DNA of 64,000 bases from Faecousia sp. (lineage in GTDB: Bacteria > Bacillota > Clostridia > Oscillospirales > Oscillospiraceae), in contig JBGVDK010000129.1 in the NCBI GenBank assembly GCA_045119355.1, positions 104 through 64,103 of the forward strand. Direction: 5' to 3'. A program made the translations under genes and the position numbers. Below are positions 37,808 through 48,416 of this stretch, piece after piece (the stretch's first letter is position 1; each line of letters starts with the position of its first letter). The notes beneath the pieces are model-generated. The model saw only the letters and a list, made by a program, of their open reading frames with translations. It was not told the origin of the DNA and did not search any database.

Positions 37808-38677
37808 ATGACCCTTGGAAACCGGATCGGACAATACAGAAGAAAGCTGGGCCTGACCCAGGAGGCCCTGGCGAAGCAATTGGAGGTCACCAATCAGGCG
37901 GTGAGCAAATGGGAGTCGGACCAGTGCTGTCCGGACATTACGCTGCTGCCCAAGCTGGCGGAGATTTTCGGCATCACCATCGACGAGCTGTTCGGGCTGG
38001 AAGCCTCTGCGTCCGCGATGGAGGAACCCACTCTGGAACCGGAGCAGCCCGCAGCTGAGGAAGAACCCGCCGCGGAGGAACCGGAGGCGGATCCCCAGGC
38101 TGAGGAAGAAACCACCCGGGGAAAGAAGGTCTTTGGCATCGATTTTGACGGGCTGTTCGGCTTTGAAATGGAGGACATTTATCAGCAGGCGCAGAAAATC
38201 GGCCGGAAGGCGAAGGAGTTCGGCCAGCAGGCCCGGGAGCAGTTCCGGGAAGCGGACTGGTTCAAAGAGGCCAAAGAGGTTCCCTTGCCCGATGGGGTTG
38301 AAGTGAACTGGGAGGACGACGACACCCTCCGGGTGGCGATTTTCATCGGAAAGAAGCTGGTGGTTGGACACCCCGCCCAGGACCGGATCGAGTTCCGCTA
38401 CGAGGGCCCGGCATTGAACATCGTCAGCCAGTGCTCGGTCTCCTGCGACAGCGTGGAGGGCAGCGTCCAGGCCGGCGGGGACGTAAACTGCGATGACGTG
38501 GGCGGTGATGTCCACGCAGGCGGAGACGTGAACTGTGACTGCGCGGACGGCAATGTCAAGGCAGGCGGCGATGTCAACTGTGACGAGGTCGCAGGAAATA
38601 TCAGCGCAGGAGGCGACGTGACCTGCGACGAGGTGGAGGGCTCCATCACCGCCGGAGGCGACGTAAGCGTCGGATAA
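37808..38677 (+). CDS. XRE HTH protein with C-terminal 15-aa AGGDVxCD repeats
   Basis: LTQEALA...QAVSKWE..PDI; 5 tandem repeats near 38450-38675. Confidence 0.88.
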   Translation: MTLGNRIGQYRRKLGLTQEALAKQLEVTNQAVSKWESDQCCPDITLLPKLAEIFGITIDELFGLEASASAMEEPTLEPEQPAAEEEPAAEEPEADPQAEEETTRGKKVFGIDFDGLFGFEMEDIYQQAQKIGRKAKEFGQQAREQFREADWFKEAKEVPLPDGVEVNWEDDDTLRVAIFIGKKLVVGHPAQDRIEFRYEGPALNIVSQCSVSCDSVEGSVQAGGDVNCDDVGGDVHAGGDVNCDCADGNVKAGGDVNCDEVAGNISAGGDVTCDEVEGSITAGGDVSVG

Positions 38678-38694
38678 AAATCGGAATTGCGATT

Positions 38695-38778
38695 GTAGGG
38701 ACCGGCGTCCTCGACGGTCCGTGCCGCAAAGCGGCAAACGATGTTTGCCGACGGACCGTCCGGGAGGCCGGTCCCTAC
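38695..38778. repeat. GTAG REPIN family A, short-spacer type
   Basis: Inverted relative of 3282-3366. Confidence 0.9.
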
Positions 38779-38863
38779 GATAATTCCCGCAAAATTCCCC
38801 CTACCGCAACGGAAAAAAGTATGTTATAGTATTGTAAAACAGAAAAAGCGGGAGGAAACGACA

Positions 38864-39790
38864 ATGGGCATCGTAGTCATCGGCACCACCTTCGTGGACA
38901 TCAAGGGCTTTCCGGAGGACGCCTACATCCCCACCGGGCGCAACGTGGGCCGGGTGGAATACATCCACGGCGGTGTGGCGCGGAACGTGGTGGAGGATAT
39001 CGCAAACGTGGAGCTTCGTCCCACCTTCGTGGGCATCGTGGACGACTCCCCCATGGGCAAGGACGTGCTGGAAAAGCTGAAAAAGCACAAGGTCAACTGC
39101 GACTATGTGCTGACCCGGCCGGACGGCCTGGGGCTGTGGCTGGCGGTGTTCGACAACAACGGCGACGTGGCCGGTTCCATCTCCAAGCGGCCCAACGCAT
39201 ATCCCATGGTGGCGCTGCTGGAGGAGAAGGGGGACGAGATCTTCGCCTCCGCCGATTCCGTGGTGCTCCAGGTGGACCTGCACAAGGACATTGTGAAGAA
39301 GGTCTTCGAGCTGGCGGAGAAGTACCACACCAAGCTTTACGCCCTGGTCTCCAACATGAGCATCGCGGCCGAGCGCCGGGACTTCCTCCAGAAATTCGAC
39401 TGCTTCATCTGCAACCAGCAGGAGGCGGGCCTCCTGTTCCTGGACGATTACGAGGGTAAGAACGTTCAGGAGATGGAAGCCATTCTTGCCGACCGGGTGG
39501 TCCGGGCGAATATTCCGGCCATGGTGGTGACCCTGGGCGGCGACGGCGCGGTCTTTGCCGACCGGAATGGCAGCAGCGGCTACTGCCCTGCCCGTCCGGT
39601 GCAGGTGAAGGATACCACCGGCGCGGGAGACGCCTTCTGCGCGGGGGTGTCCATCGGCCTGACCTACGGCAAGACCCTGGCGGAGGCGGTGGACATCGGC
39701 ACATATCTGGCGGCGTCGGTGATCACCTCCTCGGAGAATGTCTGCCCCCGGTTCATGCCCAAGGAGCTGGGCCTGGATGTGAAGATCTGA
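38864..39790 (+). CDS. PfkB family carbohydrate/nucleoside kinase
   Basis: GGVARNV, NQQE, VTLGGDG, DTTGAGDAF. Confidence 0.92.
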   Translation: MGIVVIGTTFVDIKGFPEDAYIPTGRNVGRVEYIHGGVARNVVEDIANVELRPTFVGIVDDSPMGKDVLEKLKKHKVNCDYVLTRPDGLGLWLAVFDNNGDVAGSISKRPNAYPMVALLEEKGDEIFASADSVVLQVDLHKDIVKKVFELAEKYHTKLYALVSNMSIAAERRDFLQKFDCFICNQQEAGLLFLDDYEGKNVQEMEAILADRVVRANIPAMVVTLGGDGAVFADRNGSSGYCPARPVQVKDTTGAGDAFCAGVSIGLTYGKTLAEAVDIGTYLAASVITSSENVCPRFMPKELGLDVKI

Positions 39791-39799
39791 TTGGAACAT

Positions 39800-39826
39800 A
39801 AAAGCCCGGCGAAAGCCGGGCTTTTT
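39800..39826 (+). terminator. Intrinsic terminator
   Basis: AAAAGCCCGGC GAA GCCGGGCTTTTT. Confidence 0.85.
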
Positions 39827-39847
39827 CCGTTGCTGGACAAGGAAATT

Positions 39848-39963
39848 GTAGGGACCGGCGTCCCCGACGGTCCGTTCGGTAAAATTTGACCTCGATGGGC
39901 AAATTTTGCCGCTACCAATGCCGCCTGACGGCGGAGCGGACCGTCGAGGACGCCGGTCCCTAC
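39848..39963. repeat. GTAG REPIN family A, 115-bp type
   Basis: Inverted REP pair with the conserved spacer. Confidence 0.92.
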
Positions 39964-40105
39964 GAAAAAAAGGCCGCTCAACTGATGGTTGAGCGGGAAA
40001 ACAACCACCGTTCAACCGATACTCAAGCCCAATCAACCGATGGACGCTTCTTTTTTCCGTCCCGGGATGATACTATGGAGCCATCAAAGGAAAGGAGCGA
40101 TCCAC

Positions 40106-40600
40106 ATGGAAATGACATTGGGAAAGCGCATTGCCCAGCTGCGGCGGAGAAAGGGCATCAAGCAGGAGGAGCTGGCGAACCTTCTGGGCATCAGCCCCCA
40201 GGCGGTGAGCAAATGGGAGAATGACCAGACCTGCCCGGACGTGATGAGCCTGCCGAAGATCGCCAAAATTCTCGACACCACGGTGGACTATCTGCTCTCC
40301 GGGGAGCCGGAGCCGGTGGCCCAGATCGTCCCGGTGGAGAAGCGGAAGGACATCAAGGACATGATGCTTCGCATCGTGGTGGACTCCGCCGACGGGGACA
40401 AGGTGCGGGTGAACCTCCCCATGGCCCTGGTCCAGGCGGCGGTGGACGGCGGGATGCAGGTGAGCATGTTCACCGACCACGAGGCGGCGAAGAGCATCGA
40501 CCTGCGCCAGGTGCTGGAGCTGGTCCGCCAGGGGGTCGTCGGCAACCTGGTGGAGGTGGAGTCCGCCGACGGGGATACCGTGCGGATCTTCGTGGAGTAA
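40106..40600 (+). CDS. XRE HTH transcriptional regulator with a C-terminal domain
   Basis: QEELA..GISPQAVSKWEND.TCPD; KVRVNLP..LV, LVEVES.DGDTVRIFVE. Confidence 0.9.
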   Translation: MEMTLGKRIAQLRRRKGIKQEELANLLGISPQAVSKWENDQTCPDVMSLPKIAKILDTTVDYLLSGEPEPVAQIVPVEKRKDIKDMMLRIVVDSADGDKVRVNLPMALVQAAVDGGMQVSMFTDHEAAKSIDLRQVLELVRQGVVGNLVEVESADGDTVRIFVE

Positions 40601-40604
40601 GGCC

Positions 40605-40850
40605 ATGCGGATCAAGGTATCGGACGGGAAGAAATTCCGGATGGACCTTCCCCTGCCCAGCGGACTGGTGCTGAACCGGGTGGGAGCGGTCTTCCTGTGC
40701 CGGGAGCTGAATGAGGAGGGTGTCCACATCTCCACCGGCCAGATGATGGATGTGATCCGGGCCATCAAGGCCTATAAGAAAGCGCACCCGGAATGGTGCC
40801 TGGTGGAGGTTCAGTCCAAAGCCGGGGAATACGTGATGGTGAAGCTGTAA
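40605..40850 (+). CDS. Small hypothetical protein
   Basis: GGAG RBS, coupled to the XRE gene, similar LVEV.S..G..V C-terminus. Confidence 0.75.
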   Translation: MRIKVSDGKKFRMDLPLPSGLVLNRVGAVFLCRELNEEGVHISTGQMMDVIRAIKAYKKAHPEWCLVEVQSKAGEYVMVKL

Positions 40851-40870
40851 GCAAATCCGGTGGACAAATT

Positions 40871-40985
40871 GTAGGGACCGGCCTCCCGGACGGTCCGCTC
40901 CGCCGAAAGGCGGCATTGGTAGCGTTAAAATTTGTCCATCGAGGCCAAATTTTAACGATGGACCGTCGAGGACGCCGGTCCCTAC
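40871..40985. repeat. GTAG REPIN family A, 115-bp type
   Basis: Inverted REP pair; compensatory spacer stem CGTTAAAATTTG/CAAATTTTAACG. Confidence 0.92.
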
Positions 40986-41044
40986 AATTATATCGAAACG
41001 CAAAAAGCGCTCCGGCGATGCCGGAGCGCTTTCATGTCTCTAAA

Positions 41045-41968
41045 TTACTCCCAGAGTTTCTCGGGGTACATGCCCTTCTCCCGCAGGTCCGCCAGGGCGG
41101 CCACCACGGTGGGCTTGTCTTCCTTATAGGTCACGCCGTACCACTTGTCGTTGGAGCGCAGGACCTTCACCCGGGCCTTCTTCCGGCTGAGCAGGTTGGA
41201 CACCACCGTGGGCAGGAAGTATTCGCCCTTCAGGGGATTCTCTTCCAGGGTCTTGTCCAGGAAGGCGGGGAAGCCCGCCCAGGCCTCGTCCAGATAGCTC
41301 TTCTGGAAGCCCCACAGGTTCATGGACACCACGTCGTCGTCGCTGAGGTCGTGCCAGGTGGCGCCGTCATCCTCGGTGTACTGGGGATTCCGCTCGCCCT
41401 TGACGATCTTGGTCCGCTCCACCACGTTGTGCAGGTAGCCGCTGGCGGTCTCGGTGCACACGCCCCGGGCCACGGAGCCGTTCTCGGTGACGGTGTTCTT
41501 CAGCAGGTAGCCCACCATGGCGTACTCGTACATCTCCGCCGTGTCGGGATGATGGAGCAGGTAGTTGTAGATCTCGTCGAAGCCCTCGGGGCCGTAGTAG
41601 TCGTCGGCGTTGATGACGGCGAAGGGACCGTCCACCACATCCCGGGCAGCGAGAACCGCCTGAGCGGTGCCCCAGGGCTTGGTCCGGCCCTCGGGGACGG
41701 TGTAGCCCTCGGGCAGGTCGTCGGCGCGCTGGAACACGTATTCCACGTGCATCTTCTGGGCGATGCGGTTGCCGATCTTCTCCCGGAAGATCTCGTCGAT
41801 CTCAGGCTTGATGACGAAGACCACGGTCTCGAAGCCGGCCCGCATGGCGTCGTACACGGAATAGTCCAGGATTACGTGACCGTTGTCATCGATGGGGTCC
41901 AGCTGCTTCAGACCGCCGTAGCGGCTGCCCATGCCGGCGGCCATCACTACGAGTACGGGTTTGTTCAT
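41045..41968 (-). CDS. Sugar-phosphate nucleotidyltransferase
   Basis: MAAGMGSRYGGLKQ, KPWGTA, INADDYYG, SMNLWGF. Confidence 0.92.
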   Translation of the reverse strand: MNKPVLVVMAAGMGSRYGGLKQLDPIDDNGHVILDYSVYDAMRAGFETVVFVIKPEIDEIFREKIGNRIAQKMHVEYVFQRADDLPEGYTVPEGRTKPWGTAQAVLAARDVVDGPFAVINADDYYGPEGFDEIYNYLLHHPDTAEMYEYAMVGYLLKNTVTENGSVARGVCTETASGYLHNVVERTKIVKGERNPQYTEDDGATWHDLSDDDVVSMNLWGFQKSYLDEAWAGFPAFLDKTLEENPLKGEYFLPTVVSNLLSRKKARVKVLRSNDKWYGVTYKEDKPTVVAALADLREKGMYPEKLWE

Positions 41969-41993
41969 TTGTTCTTCCTCCAATATCTTTTTT

Positions 41994-42091
41994 AGTTGAA
42001 AGTTAAAAGTGTAAAGTTGAAAGTTTATGGTTGAAAGTATGAAAATGGACACAACAATAACTTTCCACTTTCCATTTTCCATTTTCCACTT
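41994..42091. repeat. Inverted heptamer arrays (AAAGTTG)n...(TTTCCAY)n
   Basis: Direct units at 41994-42025, inverted units at 42061-42091. Confidence 0.8.
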
Positions 42092-42098
42092 CGTGCGC

Positions 42099-42980
42099 TT
42101 AGCGCACGAAATGGGTGGGCAGCTCGCAGCTCCAAACCTGGCCGGGCTTCAGCACCGCCGCGGCGGCTCTCTGCTCCCAGTTCAGGGGATCGGTCTCGGC
42201 GGCGGGGAGGCTCATCCAGGGCTCGATGCACACGAAGGGAACGGGCCACACGGGCTTGGACCAGATCAGGGTGTAGGGGAAGGCGGCGATGTCGCAGACC
42301 ACGCCCCGGCCGGTGCCCTTCTCGTAGATGCCAAGGGTTTTTGCCGTCAGGTTAAACATGCAGTGGGAATCGTTGGCGAAGGTGGTTTCGTCCAGGGGGA
42401 TGGTGTCCGTGTTCTTCCCCAGGCCGTACCAAGCGCCGTTCAGCAGGCCCTTGGGCTGGGTGCCCAGGCACATGGGAGACTGGGGCACATCGAAGCGGAA
42501 CTCGTAGTCGGCGGCGGTGTGCTCCCCGTCGAAGGGCAGCTTAAACGCCGGATGGTAGCCGATGCCGAAGCGCAGCTCGTCCTCGTCCCGGTTCTCCACG
42601 GTCAGCCGCTGGGTGACGCAGTCGCCGTCCAGGATCACGGTGGTGGTCAGCCGGAAGCGGTAAGGCCACTGGGCCAGGGTCTCGGGAGAGTCCACAAGCT
42701 CCATGACGATCTCAGATTCGTTCTGCCGGACAAAGGTGTGCTCCATCAGACGAGCGAAGCCGTGCTGGCCGCCCTCGTAGGTCTTACCCTTGGCCTCCAT
42801 TTTGCCCTCCACCAGCTTGCCGGTGTAGGGGAAGAGGATGGGCGCGTGGTAGCCCCAAACCGCTTTATCCGCGTCGTGCATATGCTCCACGCCGTCGGAC
42901 TTCCGGAGGACAGAGCAGATCTGCGCGCCGGAGGTGGTGACGGATACCTTCAGAAGCTCGTTTTCGATGGTGTAGATCAT
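42099..42980 (-). CDS. Aldose 1-epimerase family protein (LacX-like)
   Basis: APILFP, HGFAR, IGYHPAF, FVCIEPW. Confidence 0.92.
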   Translation of the reverse strand: MIYTIENELLKVSVTTSGAQICSVLRKSDGVEHMHDADKAVWGYHAPILFPYTGKLVEGKMEAKGKTYEGGQHGFARLMEHTFVRQNESEIVMELVDSPETLAQWPYRFRLTTTVILDGDCVTQRLTVENRDEDELRFGIGYHPAFKLPFDGEHTAADYEFRFDVPQSPMCLGTQPKGLLNGAWYGLGKNTDTIPLDETTFANDSHCMFNLTAKTLGIYEKGTGRGVVCDIAAFPYTLIWSKPVWPVPFVCIEPWMSLPAAETDPLNWEQRAAAAVLKPGQVWSCELPTHFVR

Positions 42981-43045
42981 GGAAAATAACCCCTTTTTTA
43001 TTTTGCTTTTGTTATTAGAACTTGTTTTGATAAGCCTAGCAAATT

Positions 43046-43156
43046 TGTCATCCTGAGCGAGCATAGCGAGTCGAAGGATCTTCGCACCGATTTGACTGCT
43101 GATGTTATCTTACTGCGTAGATTCTTCGACTCCGCTTCGCTCCGCTCAGAATGACA
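43046..43156. repeat. TGTCATCCTGAGC palindromic element
   Basis: Same architecture as 11209-11319. Confidence 0.9.
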
Positions 43157-43168
43157 TGTCATTACCTG

Positions 43169-44017
43169 TTACGCTGCGGGGAAAAGCAGGGCCTTGGCGG
43201 CGAAGTAGACCAGCACGATGATGCCCAGGCCGATCCGGTACACGCCGAAGGCGGAGAAAGAGTGCTTCCGCACATAATCCATCAATGCCTTGATAGCCAC
43301 CATGGACACCAGGAAGGAAACCACCGTGCCCACGATGAGAATGGCGACCTCCGCGCCGGTGATGGCGACCCCGGAGAGCAGGAACTTCAGCAGCTTGATG
43401 GCGGAAGCGCCCAGCATGGTGGGAATCGCCATGAAGAAGGAGAACTCGGAGGCGGCGCTGCGGCTGACGCCCAGGATGATGCCGCCGAGAATGGTGGAGC
43501 CGGACCGGGAGGTTCCGGGGACCAGGCTCAGGCACTGGAAGCAGCCGATGAGCAGGGCGGTCTTGTAGTCGATGTGCCAGACCTTTTTCACCAGGGGGGT
43601 CTTGCTTGCGTTCTGCCGCTCTACGTAGATGAAGGCCACGCCGTAGGCGATCAGGGCCAGGGCCACCACGATGCCGTTGTGCAGGTGCTCGTCCATCCAG
43701 TCGTCGAAGAGGACGCCCACCACGCCGCTGGGGATGATGGCGAGGACCACCTTGAACCAAAGCTGCCAGGTGGCCTTCTTGGCCTTGAGGCTCTTCTTCG
43801 GGGAGAAGGGATTGAGCTTATGGAAGAAGATGACGATGACCGCCAGGATGGCGCCCAGCTGGATCACCACGTCGAACATACTCTGGAACTCCTTGGAGAC
43901 GTCCAGATTGATGAACTCGTTGAGCAGGATCAGATGGCCGGTGGAGGAGACGGGCAGCCACTCGGTGATGCCCTCCACAATGCCGAACAGCACGGCCTTC
44001 AGGATTTCAAGGAACAT
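43169..44017 (-). CDS. uppP: Undecaprenyl-diphosphate phosphatase
   Basis: GIVEGITEWLPVSSTGH, QLGAILAV, PGTSRSG, FGVYRI. Confidence 0.96.
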   Translation of the reverse strand: MFLEILKAVLFGIVEGITEWLPVSSTGHLILLNEFINLDVSKEFQSMFDVVIQLGAILAVIVIFFHKLNPFSPKKSLKAKKATWQLWFKVVLAIIPSGVVGVLFDDWMDEHLHNGIVVALALIAYGVAFIYVERQNASKTPLVKKVWHIDYKTALLIGCFQCLSLVPGTSRSGSTILGGIILGVSRSAASEFSFFMAIPTMLGASAIKLLKFLLSGVAITGAEVAILIVGTVVSFLVSMVAIKALMDYVRKHSFSAFGVYRIGLGIIVLVYFAAKALLFPAA

Positions 44018-44178
44018 GGGGGTTCTCCTTTCGGAATCTGTATGAAAAGGTCATACGAATTTACTATACTATAGCGTGTTTTGGTGCTTTTTGCAAGAAG
44101 AAATACAGCCAGAATGGCATTTTGGACAAGTGAAACCGGAATGGGATAATTTCAATTTTATGAACAGTGTTTCAACTT

Positions 44179-44290
44179 TGTCATCCTGAGCGAACGAAGT
44201 GAGTCGAAGGATCTTCGCACCGATTATACTGCAGATGTGATTACAGTGCGAAGATCCTTCGACTCCGCTTGCGCTCCGCTCAGGATGACA
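44179..44290. repeat. TGTCATCCTGAGC palindromic element
   Basis: Same architecture as 11209-11319. Confidence 0.9.
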
Positions 44291-44412
44291 TGACTGAGGC
44301 CGTTCACATTTTACCCCCGTACTCTTTACAAATTGTTCACCCTAACGGCGGAAGATTGGATATAATGAGGTAAAAGGAAAATTAGCGCAAAGAAATAAGG
44401 AGGAAACTACTT

Positions 44413-45102
<690 letters not shown>

Positions 45103-45105
45103 GCC

Positions 45106-46533
45106 ATGAAATCCACATTCAGCCGCCAATTCTCCGCGACTGTCTTGATTTTGCTGCTGGCCCTGCTGCTCCTGGGCGGAGCCTTCCGGATCCTGGCCTC
45201 TGAGTATTTGCAGCAGAACACCGCCCAGCAGCTCCTCACCGACGCCACCTCCATTGCTGAGCTCACCGCCGCCTATTCCGCCGACGACCGGCTGTATGAC
45301 GAGCTGTTACAGACCAATCTGACCTTCGCGGCCCAGGTCTCCGGCTCCGACGCGGTGGTCTGCGACACCAGCGGCATGGTGGTGCTCTGCTCCGACCGGG
45401 ACCTGACCTGCGACCATCTGGGGATGGTCATGGACAGCGCCTATCTGGAAAAGGTGTTCGAGAACGGCTCCGACCTGTCCTCCGGCAAGATCGAGGGCCT
45501 TTACGAGGAGGCCCGGTATCTGGTCTCCGTGCCCATCGTCAGCAAAAACACCGGCGCCAACATCGGCATCGTCATGGTCTCCATCCCCATCAGCGAGGCC
45601 CTGCGGATGCTGGAAGGCATCACCGATATTCAGGTGACGGTGTCGCTCCTTGTCATCCTCATTGCCGTGGTGGTCATGAGCGTCTCCACCCGGAGCCAGT
45701 GCCGTCCCCTGAAGGAAATGGCCCAGGCCGCCCGGGAATTCGGCCACGGCAATCTGAAGGCCAGAGTCCGCACCGGCGGACGGAACACCGAAGAGGTGGA
45801 CGAGCTGGCCATCGCCTTCAACACCATGGCGGCGTCCCTGGAAAAGAGCGAATACCAGCGCCAGGAGTTCGTTGCCAACGTCAGCCACGAGCTGAAGACC
45901 CCCATGACCACCATCGGCGGCTACATCGACGGCATCCTGGACGGCACCATTCCCCCGGAACGTCACCGCCATTATATGCAGATCGTCTCCGACGAGACCA
46001 AGCGCTTAAGCCGCCTGGTCCGGAGCATGCTGGACATCTCCAAGCTCCAGGACTCCGGCATCCCCGAGGAAAAGAAGACCCGCTTCGATGTGGAGGAGGC
46101 CATCGGCCAGGTGATCATCACCTTCGAGCAGAAGATCAACGGCAAGGGCCTGGACGTGGATGTGGACCTGCCGGAGCATCCGGTGTACACCCGTGCGGAC
46201 CAGGACGCCATCACCCAGGTGATCTACAACCTCATCGACAACGCGGTGAAATTCTGCGAGAGCGGCAAAACCCTGGGGGTCAAGCTCCGGGAGGGCGGCG
46301 GCAAGATCTACGTCTCCGTCTCCAACCAGGGCGAGACCATCCCCCCGGAGGAGCTGCCCCTGGTCTTCGACCGGTTCCATAAGACCGACAAATCCCGGAG
46401 CCAGAACCGGGACGGCTGGGGTCTGGGCCTGTATATCGTGAAGACCATCATTTGCAGCCACGGAGAGAACATCTCCGTATCCAGCCGGGAGGGGAAGACC
46501 GAGTTTACCTTCACCCTTCCTTTGGTTAATTGA
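45106..46533 (+). CDS. HAMP-containing sensor histidine kinase
   Basis: SHELKTP, NLIDNAVKF, FDRF, GLGLYI. Confidence 0.95.
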   Translation: MKSTFSRQFSATVLILLLALLLLGGAFRILASEYLQQNTAQQLLTDATSIAELTAAYSADDRLYDELLQTNLTFAAQVSGSDAVVCDTSGMVVLCSDRDLTCDHLGMVMDSAYLEKVFENGSDLSSGKIEGLYEEARYLVSVPIVSKNTGANIGIVMVSIPISEALRMLEGITDIQVTVSLLVILIAVVVMSVSTRSQCRPLKEMAQAAREFGHGNLKARVRTGGRNTEEVDELAIAFNTMAASLEKSEYQRQEFVANVSHELKTPMTTIGGYIDGILDGTIPPERHRHYMQIVSDETKRLSRLVRSMLDISKLQDSGIPEEKKTRFDVEEAIGQVIITFEQKINGKGLDVDVDLPEHPVYTRADQDAITQVIYNLIDNAVKFCESGKTLGVKLREGGGKIYVSVSNQGETIPPEELPLVFDRFHKTDKSRSQNRDGWGLGLYIVKTIICSHGENISVSSREGKTEFTFTLPLVN

Positions 46534-46573
46534 TCCTAGAAATTTCGATTTATAGGCCAGTTGAAAAACCACT

Positions 46574-46688
46574 GTAGGGACCGGCGTCCTCGACGGTCCG
46601 CTCCGCCGCAAGGCGGCATGGTTTGCGGTAACATTTGCCCATAGAGGTCAAATGTTACCGACGGACCGTCCGGGAGGCCGGTCCCTAC
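46574..46688. repeat. GTAG REPIN family A, 115-bp type
   Basis: Inverted REP pair; spacer stem CGGTAACATTTG/CAAATGTTACCG. Confidence 0.92.
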
Positions 46689-46731
46689 ATGGCTTGATCG
46701 AAATATGAATCCTATCAACTGAGGTAGTACT

Positions 46732-48099
46732 ATGGCAGATTACGAAAACGACTCCCTGGAAGCCCGGGAGCCTGAATATGAATATGCCTGGCAGAAGAAC
46801 CTTCCCGGGGACGATTGCTATTTCGGCATCGGCTCCACCACGCCCCCCAAGGACCACACCGCCGTCATTTCCGGGGTGCTGATCCTGCTGATCTCCATCT
46901 GCGGTGTCTTGAGCGCCCTGAGTCTGATGAACATCGACCTGTTCGCGGATGTGGTGCTGGAGCCCTCGGAGCCGGAGGTGGGGGTCCCGGTGAGCTTCAC
47001 CCCCTCCAACGGCCGTCTGCCTGAGAGTTTGGAGACCGCCTCCGGGGACAGCAATGTTCCGGCCACGGAGCCCGGTCTGGTGGCCGGTCCCGACGGGACG
47101 GGCATGGAACTGCATATCAGCAACGCTCCCACGGGGCCTGCCAATCTGCCGGATGACGAGACGGTTCCCGGGACCACAGCGGACAGCGGCGTGCTCAGCT
47201 GGCAGGAGGTTTACGAAAAGGTGATCCCCAGCGTGGTCAGCGTGGTATGCTCCGACGGAAGCTCCACGTCCGGCGGCACCGGCGTCATCATGGATTCCCG
47301 GGGCTACATCATCACCAACGCCCATGTGGTGGAGGATGCCCAGCAGATCCAGGTGATCCTCTGCGACGACCGTTCCGTCACCGCCCAGTGCATGGGCATG
47401 GATACCATTTCGGACCTGGCGGTGCTGTACATCGAGGCCGACGGCCTCACCGCCGCGGAGTTCGGAGACAGCGACGCGCTGCGGGTGGGCGACGAGGTAG
47501 CCGCCATCGGTGATCCCCTGGGCGTGGAGCTGCGGGGCACCATGACCGACGGCATCATCTCCGCCATCAACCGGGGGCTTCAGGTCAACGGCCGGACCAT
47601 GTCCCTGCTTCAGACCACAGCGGCGCTGAACAACGGCAATTCCGGCGGTCCCCTGGTGAACTGCTACGGCCAGGTCATCGGCATCAACACCATGAAGATC
47701 GGCGACTATGCCAGCTCCTCCGGCGTGGAGGGTCTGGGCTTCGCCATCCCCATCTCCACGGTGAAGGGCGTGGTGGAGCAGCTTGCAACCAACGGCTATG
47801 TGGCCGGACGGCCGGACTTAGGGCTGGATGGCCAGATGATTTCGATCTTTTACCAGCATTACTACCGCCTGCCCTCGGGGATGATGATCACCTCGGTGGA
47901 CGAGGACAGCGACGCCGCCGTCAAGGGCATCAAGGCGGGCGACATCCTGGTGTACCTGGCCGGGGAGCGGATCACGGACCTGGATACCTATCAGCAGACC
48001 GTCAACGGTTTGGAGGTTGGCGACGAGGTCAGTGTGATGATCTACCGCAGCGGCATGGAATATGAGCTGAATCTCACCGTGGGGGAAAATCACGGGTAA
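46732..48099 (+). CDS. htrA: HtrA/DegP-like membrane serine protease
   Basis: ITNAHVV, DLAVL, NNGNSGGPL, PDZ domain. Confidence 0.92.
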   Translation: MADYENDSLEAREPEYEYAWQKNLPGDDCYFGIGSTTPPKDHTAVISGVLILLISICGVLSALSLMNIDLFADVVLEPSEPEVGVPVSFTPSNGRLPESLETASGDSNVPATEPGLVAGPDGTGMELHISNAPTGPANLPDDETVPGTTADSGVLSWQEVYEKVIPSVVSVVCSDGSSTSGGTGVIMDSRGYIITNAHVVEDAQQIQVILCDDRSVTAQCMGMDTISDLAVLYIEADGLTAAEFGDSDALRVGDEVAAIGDPLGVELRGTMTDGIISAINRGLQVNGRTMSLLQTTAALNNGNSGGPLVNCYGQVIGINTMKIGDYASSSGVEGLGFAIPISTVKGVVEQLATNGYVAGRPDLGLDGQMISIFYQHYYRLPSGMMITSVDEDSDAAVKGIKAGDILVYLAGERITDLDTYQQTVNGLEVGDEVSVMIYRSGMEYELNLTVGENHG

Positions 48100-48115
48100 G
48101 GTTGCAGAAATGAAT

Positions 48116-48281
48116 GTAGGGACCGGCCTTCCGGACGGTCCGTTCCGCCGAAGGCGGCATTGGTAGCGGTAAAATTTGCCCATCGAGGTCAAATTTTACC
48201 GAACGGACCGTCGAGGACGCCGGTCCCTACAATAAAAATGGAAGTTTACGAAATTCGCGGGCGACCAATGGTCGCCCCTAC
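48116..48281. repeat. GTAG REPIN family A (48116-48230) plus family B REP (48259-48281, minus)
   Basis: Same A-then-B arrangement as 3282-3417. Confidence 0.9.
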
Positions 48282-48304
48282 GATGGTTACCCAACATCCC
48301 GATG

Positions 48305-48416
48305 CAACAAAAACACCCTGCTTTGAGAGCAGGGTGTTTTTGCCATACTTAGGAGATCGGAAAATCAATTGTGCAGAGGTGATAATCCGTTGGGTTCATT
48401 ATGGTTAGCTTTAACT
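48305..48416 (-). ncRNA. Candidate small RNA
   Basis: Minus-strand TTGACA(48446-48451)-17 bp-TG.TACTAT(48423-48428), terminator at 48308-48342, no convincing ORF. Confidence 0.45.

Noticed and set aside
3373-42082. N-terminal extensions and short ORFs containing VGTGVLDGP, RDRPPGRS, GRPMVAPT or VILSERSESKDL
   Set aside because: They are translations of the intergenic repeats; better starts with an RBS lie downstream
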